A stretch of DNA of 64,000 bases. It comes from an uncultured Bradymonadales bacterium (GTDB lineage: Bacteria; Myxococcota_A; Bradymonadia; JAFGEP01). The position numbers and the translations under genes are program-made. This document shows positions 28,650 through 37,258 of this stretch, one piece after another (positions within the stretch are counted from its first letter, which is position 1; each line of letters starts with the position of its first letter). The DNA is taken from assembly GCA_964503485.1 (NCBI GenBank), contig CAZDBH010000004.1, positions 56-64,055 of the forward strand, written 5' to 3'. Under the pieces are notes generated by a model, which was given only the letters and a program-made list of their open reading frames with translations, was not told the origin of the DNA and did no database searches.

Positions 28650-29522
28650 TCAGTGAAAGAAGACGGTCTTGAATGATGCCTCTTCGCAGAACCCCATACT
28701 ATCGTAGAGTTGCAGCGCCGGGCGGTTGCTCCGGTTTACGTAGAGTGAGGCCAACGGCGCTTCCGCCAACATCCACTGGCACAACTGACTCAACCCGCGT
28801 TTTCCGTAGCCGTTCCCGCGAAGGCGCGGACTGACGTAGACGCCCTCGATCTGAGCACCACAATCACAGTGAGCGCTCACGGATGCTTTGAATATGAGCT
28901 GGTTACCCGGTGGCTCGGTCCACACGTAGATTTTACGCAGAGCGATCTGATATTCGAGCGTCCGGCGAAAATTCTGTATCTCGCCGGCAGGTGCGACTTG
29001 TTCGGTCTCATGGGCATGCATGTCGAGCGTTGCCTCCAGCAGATGAGGCAGATCACTTGGGGTTGCCAGTCGCAGACCGTTGGCTTCGAAACGGATCAAA
29101 CGGTCTGCCGTCACCGATAGTAGGACCTGATCCTGTTCGAGGCGGGTCACTCGCCCGGCGTCCTCAATTGCCGCTCTGAAGGCCGTCACCGAAGCAGAAT
29201 GGCCAACGACCACCCTGAAGGGCTCTCCCAACTCGTATAGATCCTCGGCGAGGGCCGTCGCGGCGTCGATGTCGACCGTCGCCAAGGACACCAAAACGCG
29301 GCCTGCGGCCATAGCGGTTCCAACCAGCTCACCGTTTCTGAACGCACCGAGGTAGAAGAAGCGGAGGTAAGGAACGGTCGGGGTGATTCCATTCCGACGG
29401 AGCCAACCGAGGGGATATAGATTGGCGGTTGGGTCGGACCTCAGATAGTTATCCAGTGCAACGTTGTCGCCAGGATGCAGCTTGCGGACCAGAAGGTTGG
29501 GGTCGCCGCCTTTGCGGCTCAA
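28650..29522 (-). CDS. GNAT acetyltransferase (DUF4081-type N-domain)
   Basis: IEGVYVSPRLRGNGYG, LYVNRSNRPALQLYDSMGF. The track start 29786 overlaps cbs; TTG 29522 has GGAGG upstream. Confidence 0.85.
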   Translation of the reverse strand: MSRKGGDPNLLVRKLHPGDNVALDNYLRSDPTANLYPLGWLRRNGITPTVPYLRFFYLGAFRNGELVGTAMAAGRVLVSLATVDIDAATALAEDLYELGEPFRVVVGHSASVTAFRAAIEDAGRVTRLEQDQVLLSVTADRLIRFEANGLRLATPSDLPHLLEATLDMHAHETEQVAPAGEIQNFRRTLEYQIALRKIYVWTEPPGNQLIFKASVSAHCDCGAQIEGVYVSPRLRGNGYGKRGLSQLCQWMLAEAPLASLYVNRSNRPALQLYDSMGFCEEASFKTVFFH

Positions 29523-29613
29523 CCTCGCCTCCCGTCCCAGATTGGGATGCTGCGGTGCCGGCCCGTCGCGCCTAACTCCAGTCGCGGCGCAGCGGAGGTC
29601 GCGGTTGGATCGT

Positions 29614-30987
29614 TCAAACCAACGCTTTGCTGATGTAATCGATGAAATCGATCTTTGTGAGGATGCCGGCGAGCTCGCCGTCGGCAACGACCAACACGAC
29701 GTGGCCTTGGGAGAACAGAGGAGCCAGGGTAGACAACCGATTGTGTGGCTCGACCACTGTGAACCGGTTCGTCGCAAGCTTCTCAACTGGCTCGCCCGCG
29801 CCGGCTTCGCCAGACATCAGATAGCGAAGCACCTCATTCTCGCTGACGATGCCAGCGACTCGACCATCACTCCCTTTCACGGGGAGTTGGCTGACACCAA
29901 ACTCTTTCATTCGGTGTACGACTTCACGAATTGGCTCCCCGACGGTGGCGGTGATGACCTTGGTTGTCTCTTTGGCCACGAGCAAGTCACTGACGAGTCC
30001 TTGATAGGGAGAATCGCCGAGAAACCCGTGCTCTCTCATCCACTCGTCGTCGAAGATCTTTGAGAGATACTTTATCGCTGAGTCGGGAAGTATCGTGACA
30101 ATGTTGATCGGCCCGTCGTTCTGCTCGGCCCATTTGAGGGCTCCAGCAACCGAACCACCCCCCGATCCACCGGCATAGAGCCCCTCTTCTCGGACAAGCC
30201 TGCGAGTCATACTGAAACACTCCGCATCAGTGACTCGAACGATATCGTCGACGTAGGTAAAATCGGTCGTCCCAGGGATGAAATCCTCACCAAAACCCTC
30301 GACCTTGTAGGTGTGGGCTTCGGTCATCTGGCCGGTTCGGAAGTAGTCGTAAAGAATGCTGCCAACAGGGTCGACACCGACGATCTTCGTATTGGGGTTC
30401 TTCTCTTTGAAGTACTTCCCGATGCCCGAGATCGTACCACCAGTCCCCATCGCGATGATAACCGCGTCCACTTTGCCATCGAGCTGTTCGTAGATCTCTG
30501 GTGCGGTCGTCAGGTAGTGCGCCTTGGGGTTTGAGGGATTGTAGTATTGGTTCGCGTAGTAGGAGTTCGGAGTTTCCTCCGCGATTCGGCGGCTCACGCT
30601 GTAGTAACTGCGCGGGTCCTCGGGCTCGACGGCGGTTGGCGTCACGACGACTTTCGAGCCGAAGGCGCGCAATGCCTTGATCTTCTCGCCGCTCATTTTG
30701 TCCGGCATGATGAAGACTGTCTTGTAGCCCTTTACTGCTGCTGCGAGGGCCAGTCCCATACCGGTGTTGCCGCTCGTCGCCTCGACGACCGTGCCACCTG
30801 GCTTCAACAGCCCATCTCGTTCTGCGTCCTCGATTATCTGGAAGGCCACCCGATCTTTTACAGATCCACCGGGGTTGAGATACTCGAGTTTACAGTAGAT
30901 GTTGGCTTTCAGATGGTGGGAAACGTTATTCAGCCGAACCATCGGCGTGTTGCCCACTACCTCGACAATGCTATTCGCAACAATCAT
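29614..30987 (-). CDS. cbs: Cystathionine beta-synthase with C-terminal CBS domains
   Basis: KLEYLNPGGSVKDR (PLP Lys), EATSGNTG, GTGGT, YKVEGFG, PDSAIKYLSK; tandem CBS domains. Confidence 0.93.
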   Translation of the reverse strand: MIVANSIVEVVGNTPMVRLNNVSHHLKANIYCKLEYLNPGGSVKDRVAFQIIEDAERDGLLKPGGTVVEATSGNTGMGLALAAAVKGYKTVFIMPDKMSGEKIKALRAFGSKVVVTPTAVEPEDPRSYYSVSRRIAEETPNSYYANQYYNPSNPKAHYLTTAPEIYEQLDGKVDAVIIAMGTGGTISGIGKYFKEKNPNTKIVGVDPVGSILYDYFRTGQMTEAHTYKVEGFGEDFIPGTTDFTYVDDIVRVTDAECFSMTRRLVREEGLYAGGSGGGSVAGALKWAEQNDGPINIVTILPDSAIKYLSKIFDDEWMREHGFLGDSPYQGLVSDLLVAKETTKVITATVGEPIREVVHRMKEFGVSQLPVKGSDGRVAGIVSENEVLRYLMSGEAGAGEPVEKLATNRFTVVEPHNRLSTLAPLFSQGHVVLVVADGELAGILTKIDFIDYISKALV

Positions 30988-31048
30988 GTTTCAACCTATT
31001 CTTCGCCACCGAGCACATCACCCGGTCTGGGCACTCGGAGCCTCGCCC

Positions 31049-31534
31049 TCAGATCTCTCCGAGTTGTTTCATGATGACATCACGTCGCTGGTCGTCGACC
31101 CGTTCGAGCAAATCTCGAATGATCTTCCACTCGACGGCTGTGTGCGCCCAAAAGAGTTCGCCCAACCGCTTCCCTGCCGCCGCTGCACTCGCCCGCTCTG
31201 TATGAGGTAGGTCCTCGGTAGCCGAGTTCAGCACACCGTCGAGCACCTCGAGGTGCTCACAGATTTCGTTGTGAGCCACTGCGAGTCCGTCTAAATCGCT
31301 TGTGAGTTCCGGGTATTCGGCTTTTAGGTTGGGAAAAAGACCGTGCTCTTCTCGCTCGAAGTGCTCAAAGGAATCTTCCTTCAGCAGAGAAATGACCTCT
31401 CGGGCTTCCTCGAGTGGACTCATTTCCTCACTGACTGTGTCGTCGTGCCACTCTTCGAGCGCCCGGTCGAGATCCCGAAGTAGGGCATTCAGATGAGCGT
31501 GATCGTGGTCGATTCTGTTCTCGGGTCGCGCCAT
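31049..31534 (-). CDS. Hemerythrin-like (HHE cation-binding) domain protein
   Basis: DHDHAHL, HFEREEHGLFP, HNEI, HTAVE in a helical 161-aa protein. Confidence 0.75.
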   Translation of the reverse strand: MARPENRIDHDHAHLNALLRDLDRALEEWHDDTVSEEMSPLEEAREVISLLKEDSFEHFEREEHGLFPNLKAEYPELTSDLDGLAVAHNEICEHLEVLDGVLNSATEDLPHTERASAAAAGKRLGELFWAHTAVEWKIIRDLLERVDDQRRDVIMKQLGEI

Positions 31535-31603
31535 AACACCAGCTTAATTTCAGATATTGCTGCCCGTGAAAAGACCTTTTGCGCTTTCACGGAGTCCGAG
31601 TTG

Positions 31604-33304
31604 TCATTGATTGTCGTCGTTGGCGCTCTCAGCTGCCACAAAACCGAAGGTCAGCGCCGGGCCGATCGTACCGCCCGCCCCCGGATAGGTTCGACCCATC
31701 ACAGATGCGGCACAATTGCCGGCTGCGTAGAGATTCGGGATGGCCTCACCAGCTTCGTTGAGCACACGGGTACCGAGATCGGTTTGGAAACCACCCTTCG
31801 TACCCAGATCACCCGCTTCGACCTTTATTGCGTAGAAGGGTGGCTTGGCAATGGGAGCCAGACACGGGTTGGGTGTCACGCGGTAGTCGCCATAGTAGCG
31901 ATCAGCCAGGCTGTCACCACGCTTGAAGTCCTCATCGACCCCTTTGATGGCCATGTCGTTGAACTTGGTAACCGTCTCCTGCAGACCGTCACCGTCGATT
32001 TCCAGTTTCTCGGCTAGCTCCGCGAGGGTATCAGCTCGGACTAGGAAGTCGTTCCGGTACCGTCGCGGGGTCCGGCTGTCGGGCATCGCCCATCCCGGAG
32101 CAACCGGCCCTACTGGGTACTTGTTGCGAAAGTCCGCGTCGAACACCATGTGACAGGGGACCGAGGTCGCCTCGCCGTTGTTTGCTTCGTACATTCCGAC
32201 GACGACATCGATGTACGGAGCAGCTTCGTTCGTAAACCGCTTGCCAGCACTGTTGACGAAGATGCTGCCAGGTAGATTCTTCTCCACAACCAGTACCCAA
32301 CCCAGCTCCGATTTAGGTACGATCGTCGTGGGCGTCCACCAGGCCTCCTTCATCAGATCGAGCGCGCCGCCGGCCTCTAGGCCCATCCGGATGCCATCCC
32401 CCATGTTGTGGGTGTTGGCCGCCGTCCAGTTTGTCTCGATCGGATGACGCTGATATTCGCGTCGCATGGCAGCATTTCGTGAAAACCCGCCAGCGGCCAG
32501 CAGGACGCCCGATTTGGCTTCGATCCGCACCAACTTACCGTGTCGCGCAACCACTGCCCCCACGACTCGCCCATCCTCGATGATGAGCTCCTCGGCAGCT
32601 GCGTTCCGCCACATCACGATTCCTCTGTCCATCATCGAGAGCCGCAACCGCGCACACAGCGCATTGCCCGTATACAGGAGGGTGTCTCGTCCGTATTTCC
32701 GTCTCCAGTAGAAGCGCAGAGCGTACTTGATGAAATGCCACAGCATGATCAGCTTCGACTTGAAGTTGTTGATCAGCAGAGTCTGAGCCATACCAGCCGT
32801 GATGCCGAACTTGCCCATGATCTGAGATTGAGGATGTGGCATCCGCAGATTGCGGAGTTCTTCGCCCAAGAGGGTTCCTGGGAACTTCCGGGACTCCATC
32901 GACCGACCTCCGGGACGACCTCCGGGAGCCTCTGGATAGTAGTCCGTGTACTTTTCAATCGCGTCGAACCGGACGTGGGTATTCTTCTGGTAGTAATCGT
33001 AAACCCGTAGAGACTCGTCCAGGTACGACTGGAGCCGCTCGCTGGGAACTTCCCCGTGCGTGATGTGCTCGAGGTAACGAAGGGCGTCCTTGTCGTTATC
33101 CTGTAGGCCCGCTTTGGCCATACTGGGTGTGTTCGCCATCCAGCAGACGCCCCCGGACATTGCCGTTGACCCGCCAAACTTGTCGCTCTTTTCGAGCACC
33201 AGCACGTTGTTCCCGAGATCGTGTGATCGGATCGCAGCACTCATACCGGCAGCGCCAGAACCGATTACCAAGAAGTCGACTGATTCATCCCAATTCATAG
33301 CCAC
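31604..33304 (-). CDS. kstD: FAD-dependent oxidoreductase, 3-ketosteroid-delta1-dehydrogenase family
   Basis: VIGSGAAG, GGSTAMSGGVCW, DYYPEAPGG, LAAGGF..N, GDGI, RFTNEA, GDLGTKGG, YPGAGGTIGPA. Confidence 0.8.
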   Translation of the reverse strand: MAMNWDESVDFLVIGSGAAGMSAAIRSHDLGNNVLVLEKSDKFGGSTAMSGGVCWMANTPSMAKAGLQDNDKDALRYLEHITHGEVPSERLQSYLDESLRVYDYYQKNTHVRFDAIEKYTDYYPEAPGGRPGGRSMESRKFPGTLLGEELRNLRMPHPQSQIMGKFGITAGMAQTLLINNFKSKLIMLWHFIKYALRFYWRRKYGRDTLLYTGNALCARLRLSMMDRGIVMWRNAAAEELIIEDGRVVGAVVARHGKLVRIEAKSGVLLAAGGFSRNAAMRREYQRHPIETNWTAANTHNMGDGIRMGLEAGGALDLMKEAWWTPTTIVPKSELGWVLVVEKNLPGSIFVNSAGKRFTNEAAPYIDVVVGMYEANNGEATSVPCHMVFDADFRNKYPVGPVAPGWAMPDSRTPRRYRNDFLVRADTLAELAEKLEIDGDGLQETVTKFNDMAIKGVDEDFKRGDSLADRYYGDYRVTPNPCLAPIAKPPFYAIKVEAGDLGTKGGFQTDLGTRVLNEAGEAIPNLYAAGNCAASVMGRTYPGAGGTIGPALTFGFVAAESANDDNQ

Positions 33305-33373
33305 CGCGACGCGTATTGCCTTTCAACTCGCCACCATAGATGAACCAACTCCCCGGTTTGCGCAAGGGGTAAC

Positions 33374-33387
33374 TGAAACATGTTCTA
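33374..33387. promoter_or_regulatory. KstR-type palindromic operator upstream of kstD
   Basis: TGAAACATGTTCTA matches the actinobacterial KstR consensus TnnAACnnGTTnnA exactly, 70-83 nt upstream of the kstD start. Confidence 0.5.
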
Positions 33388-33475
33388 GTTTTTAGGCTAT
33401 CGCCGGCGAAACGGAGGGCAATCTGAGGTCTTGCGGCGCTATTGCTTGTTCTGAACAACAGCTGAGGGGCGTGAA

Positions 33476-33841
33476 TCAGGGAACGATTGAGACGGTCGAA
33501 GCCACCGCATTCTTACCGCCGTCGTCGTCGATAACGGTCAGAGTGACAACGTAGTCACCTGGCGTGTCGTAGATGAATGGCACGATCGAGTCGGCGGTCA
33601 CGATGGCTTGTGAACCGACTCCCGGCTCGAAGCGATACTCCATGATCACCCCGTCGACGTCTGAGGAATCTGATGCGTCAAAGGTCACCTCTTCCCCGAC
33701 TGTGGCTGCAGCCGGGACGGAGAGTACAGCAACCGGCCGATCGTTTGGCGCTCTTGCGACACGTGTGTCGTCCCCGCAGCCTAAAGCGAGCACTGAGAGA
33801 GCTACCGACAAGCTAGTTAGGATCGTAATGCCGCGAATCAT
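33476..33841 (-). CDS. Small PKD-domain lipoprotein
   Basis: Lipobox ALG|C; VTFDASDSSDVDG..YDTPGDYVVTLTVIDDDG. Confidence 0.85.
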   Translation of the reverse strand: MIRGITILTSLSVALSVLALGCGDDTRVARAPNDRPVAVLSVPAAATVGEEVTFDASDSSDVDGVIMEYRFEPGVGSQAIVTADSIVPFIYDTPGDYVVTLTVIDDDGGKNAVASTVSIVP

Positions 33842-33869
33842 TCCAGAACCCCTTGCACAACGCGTTCGA

Positions 33870-34745
33870 TCAGTACCGATCAGCGAAGTATTTGTCCAAT
33901 AGTATCGCCAGATCCTCGCGAGTCTGCTGCGGAATCAACTTCGGGTCGGTCATTATTGCATCCTCGAGAGCCGTACTCGCATCGCACTCGGCCTCTTTGT
34001 CGAGGGGGATGGTCTCGACCACACGGGTGAGTACCCGTTTTACGTTGCCGACGTTGCGAGTGATGTTCTGAATCACCTGAGCGACGTCGACCTCCTCGTC
34101 CTCGTTCCATACGTCATAGTCCGTCGCGAGGGCGATCGTGCCGTAGCACATCTCGGCCTCGCGCACGAGCTTGGCTTCGGGGAGCGCGGTCATCCCGATT
34201 ACGCTGGCACCCCAGGACCGATACAGCTGCGATTCGGCGAGTGTGCTGAACTGGGGCCCTTCCATACATACGTAGGTCCCGTCCTTGTGGACAGTCAGAC
34301 CTTCTGCTTTGCAGGCCTCGTAGAGCACGTCGGTCAACATCGGATGGAAGGGCTGGCTGAAACCGACGTGGGCCGCAAGATTCTGAAAGAACGTATTTTG
34401 GCGGAGGCGGGTCCGATCGATGATCTGGTCGGGAATGACAAAGTGGCAGGGTTCGATCTCGAGCTTGAGGCTCCCCACTGCGCTGACAGACACGACCCAG
34501 AAGACCCCGAGCTTCTTCAGAGCCCAGATGTTCGCCAGTACGGGTACGTTCGTCGGGTTGTGGCGGTGGCCCCGTCCGTGGCGAGCTAGGAACGCCACTC
34601 GTCGACCAGCCAGGGTTCCGATGCGAATGGCGTCGCTGGGTGAACCAAAGGGAGTGTCGATTGTGACTTCCTCGACATCCTCCAAACCTTCTATGTCGTA
34701 GAGACCGCTGCCGCCTATGACGGCTATCTTCACAGAATCACCCAT
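33870..34745 (-). CDS. mtnP: S-methyl-5'-thioadenosine phosphorylase
   Basis: IGGSGLY, TPFGSPS, RHGRGH, EGPQFST.AES, IGMT..PE.KL.RE, TDYD. Confidence 0.93.
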   Translation of the reverse strand: MGDSVKIAVIGGSGLYDIEGLEDVEEVTIDTPFGSPSDAIRIGTLAGRRVAFLARHGRGHRHNPTNVPVLANIWALKKLGVFWVVSVSAVGSLKLEIEPCHFVIPDQIIDRTRLRQNTFFQNLAAHVGFSQPFHPMLTDVLYEACKAEGLTVHKDGTYVCMEGPQFSTLAESQLYRSWGASVIGMTALPEAKLVREAEMCYGTIALATDYDVWNEDEEVDVAQVIQNITRNVGNVKRVLTRVVETIPLDKEAECDASTALEDAIMTDPKLIPQQTREDLAILLDKYFADRY

Positions 34746-34780
34746 GTTTTTCCCTCCTATAAAACCGAACCAGAAACTGA

Positions 34781-34808
34781 TTGAAAATCCTCGTCATCGT
34801 CGCATAAT
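34781..34808 (+). promoter_or_regulatory. Putative sigma70 promoter of the 6S RNA
   Basis: TTGAAA (34781-86), 16-nt spacer, CATAAT (34803-08), just upstream of the closing stem. Confidence 0.55.
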
Positions 34809-34821
34809 GGACACCATCAAG

Positions 34822-35004
34822 TTCCTGCGGTGTACGTGCGGATTACGCTTATTGAGTAAACCCCGTATGAGCTACTAGGGATTCGTCCCTTCGCGTGGTG
34901 AGCAAGCCCACATAAGCAGTGGGAAGCCTAAAGCGCGAATAATGAACCCCACCTTTTGCAAAAGGCGGGTTTACCTTTGTTCTCCAATACCGGCACCGCG
35001 GGGA
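34822..35004 (+). ncRNA. ssrS: 6S RNA
   Basis: ~183 nt. Closing stem CCUGCGGUGU (34824-33) / GCACCGCGGG (34993-35002) with two G-U pairs favouring the + strand; inner stem GUAAACCC/GGGUUUAC. CGCGUGGUGAGCAAGC...GGGAAGCCUAAAGCGCG and UGAACCC resemble the E. coli 6S segments GGUGAGCAUG...GAGAAGCCUUAAAACUGCG and UUGAACC as I recall them. Confidence 0.82.
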
Positions 35005-35024
35005 TTTGACAAACCTGGCCCTCA

Positions 35025-35369
35025 TCAGCCTGGAGGCCATATCATCTGACGTCCGCCCAAGACGTGGACATGAAGGTGCGGCACCGATTCACCGCCATTA
35101 GGACCAACATTCATCACCAGCCGGTAGCCGGTTTCTGCAATCCCCTCTTTCTTGGCGACCTCGCCAGCCGCCAGGATTAGTTGGCCCAATAGTTCAGCTT
35201 GATCTGGCTTGGCTGCGCCTGCGTTTTGAATGTGTGTCTTCGGGATGACCAAAATGTGCTTCGGAGCCACTGGATTGACGTCCCTGAACGCGAGGACCTG
35301 ATCGGTCTCGTATACGCGATCTGCCGGTATCTCACCGCGGAGTATTTTCCCAAAAACCGTGTCTGACAC
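35025..35369 (-). CDS. hinT: Histidine triad nucleotide-binding protein
   Basis: VFGKILRGEIP, FRDVNPVAPKHILVIPK, HLHVH. Track start 35420; GTG 35369 has GGAG upstream. Confidence 0.93.
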   Translation of the reverse strand: MSDTVFGKILRGEIPADRVYETDQVLAFRDVNPVAPKHILVIPKTHIQNAGAAKPDQAELLGQLILAAGEVAKKEGIAETGYRLVMNVGPNGGESVPHLHVHVLGGRQMIWPPG

Positions 35370-35477
35370 TGTCTCGCTCCAGGTTTGTTCAGCGAAAAAG
35401 TCGGGCAGAAGACATAGCATTCCTTACCGACCGGGACCAGGACCTCTAGCGACCGGAGCCGAGGTGAGAGCCACCGT

Positions 35478-35927
35478 TCAAAACCGTTTTTGACTATCGA
35501 TCAGCACAGTGACGGGTCCATCGTTCTCAAAGTTCACGATCATGTGAGCGCGAAATGTCCCGGTCGCGACTGTCACCCCGTTTCCTCTCGCGAGATCGAC
35601 GAAACGGTCGATCATGGCCTCGGCGCCGACCGGCTCCATCGCCTTGACGAAACTGGGGCGGCGCCCCTTTCTGCAGTCTCCGAGGAGCGTAAACTGGCTG
35701 ACAACCAGGAGTTGGCCACCCGTATCGAGCAGGCTCAAGTTCATTTTGTCGTCTTGGTCGGGGAAGATTCTCAGGTTTAGGATCTTGTCGTGCGTGTACT
35801 TGAGATCGGCGTCGGTGTCGCCTTCCTCCGCCCCCAAGAGTACGGCCAAGCCAGATTCAATCGCTCCCACGACGACGCCGTCGACGGTTACCGAGGCAGC
35901 GGTCACCCGTTGAACTACAGCCCTCAT
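35478..35927 (-). CDS. dtd: D-aminoacyl-tRNA deacylase
   Basis: MRAVVQRV, LRIFPD, VSQFTL, GRRPSF, NDGPVT. Confidence 0.96.
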   Translation of the reverse strand: MRAVVQRVTAASVTVDGVVVGAIESGLAVLLGAEEGDTDADLKYTHDKILNLRIFPDQDDKMNLSLLDTGGQLLVVSQFTLLGDCRKGRRPSFVKAMEPVGAEAMIDRFVDLARGNGVTVATGTFRAHMIVNFENDGPVTVLIDSQKRF

Positions 35928-37258
35928 CCTGTCTCCTCTAGAGAGCTGATCGCGCTGTGGGCGATATCAAACAACTCCTCCAACTCCAGTTTTGTAATGA
36001 GCAGTGAGGGGACGAAGTAGATGACGTTGCCCAATGGTCGGAGATAGGCGCCGAGCTCCAGAGCCCGTTCGTAGACCGTCCAACCCGAGTCGTCCAAGTA
36101 GCCCTCATCCTTGCTAGGTTCGAGGTCGAGGGCCCCGATTAGTCCCGTTTGACGTGTCGACATCACAGGTCCGAGCTGTGCCAGACGCTCGAGGCCGTGG
36201 GCCATCACGGCTGCCATTTTCGCGACGTGGTCGAGGACCCCATCCTCTCGGAAGGCGCGCAACGCTGCTCTCGCTGCGGATGCGCCGAGCGGATTGCCGG
36301 TATAGCTGTGCCCGTAGTACAGGGTTCGACCGCTGTCTGCTTCGCCGAGGAATCCCTCAAAAACCCGGCCCGTCGTCAGTGTGGCCGCGAACGGAAGAAA
36401 GCCGCCAGCCAGACCCTTGGACGAGCACAGGAAGTCGGGTGTGATATTGGCCTGCTCACAGGCCCACATCGTCCCCGTACGGCCCATTCCAACGAACACC
36501 TCGTCTGCGATGAGGAAGGTGTCTGCTTCCTCGCACAATCGTTTGAGCCGGGTGAGGATTTCGGGGCTGTACATGCGCATGCCCATCGCACCCTGCACTA
36601 GGGGTTCTACAACCACACCTGCGATTCGTTCGCCCTGTTGGGCCAGGAAGGTCGCCACCGAGTCCAGGGCATCGACTTGCCAGGCGGTAGACGACTCCTG
36701 GGCTGGTGAGGGAGCGAATAGTACCTCGAAGAGCATCGGCTTGAACATGCGATGGAAGAGTTCAACGCCGCCGACGGAAACGCAACCTACGGTATCGCCG
36801 TGAAATGCGCCCTGAAAGGAAATGAACCGATCCTTCTCGGGTGCTCCGTTTTGTTGCCAATACTGGTAGGCCATCTTGAGGGCCACCTCAACGGCGGTCG
36901 ATCCGTCGTCGGAATAGAAGACATGGTCGAGGCCGTCCGGTGTCGCTTGCACCAATTCGTAGGCCAGAGCAGCGGCGGGTTCATGCGTGATTCCCGCCAG
37001 TGCACAGTGAGCCATTCTATCTAACTGCTCGTGCAGGGCTGCTTTGATGCCTGGATGCCCATGGCCCAAGTTTGAAACCCACCAAGACCCATTCCCATCG
37101 ATGTAGCGCGTCCCATCGACATCGAAGAGGTGGACGCCCTCGGCCCGGTCAATTACCAAGGGCTGGCGACCTTCGCGGTAGGTTTTCATCTGTGTATAGG
37201 GATGCCAAACGTGGTCTGCATCCCATTTTAGAATCTGGTGCCTTGTTGGTGATTTCAT
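35924..37258 (-). CDS. bioA: Adenosylmethionine-8-amino-7-oxononanoate aminotransferase
   Basis: VWHPYTQM, SWW..LGH, DDGSTAVEVALKMA, FHGDT, ADEV..G.GRTG, SKGLAGG, HSYTGNP. Confidence 0.92.
   Translation of the reverse strand: MKSPTRHQILKWDADHVWHPYTQMKTYREGRQPLVIDRAEGVHLFDVDGTRYIDGNGSWWVSNLGHGHPGIKAALHEQLDRMAHCALAGITHEPAAALAYELVQATPDGLDHVFYSDDGSTAVEVALKMAYQYWQQNGAPEKDRFISFQGAFHGDTVGCVSVGGVELFHRMFKPMLFEVLFAPSPAQESSTAWQVDALDSVATFLAQQGERIAGVVVEPLVQGAMGMRMYSPEILTRLKRLCEEADTFLIADEVFVGMGRTGTMWACEQANITPDFLCSSKGLAGGFLPFAATLTTGRVFEGFLGEADSGRTLYYGHSYTGNPLGASAARAALRAFREDGVLDHVAKMAAVMAHGLERLAQLGPVMSTRQTGLIGALDLEPSKDEGYLDDSGWTVYERALELGAYLRPLGNVIYFVPSLLITKLELEELFDIAHSAISSLEETG

Noticed and set aside
29523-29786. 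N-terminal extension of the GNAT ORF
   Set aside because: Overlaps the cbs 3' end; a better start with SD exists at 29522.
34849-35040. 63-aa minus-strand ORF; also considered c-di-GMP-I, SAM or SAH riboswitches for mtnP and an IS200/605-type end hairpin
   Set aside because: Riboswitch core motifs are absent and no transposase is nearby. G-U pairs in the closing stem, length, promoter and sequence similarity favour a plus-strand 6S RNA.
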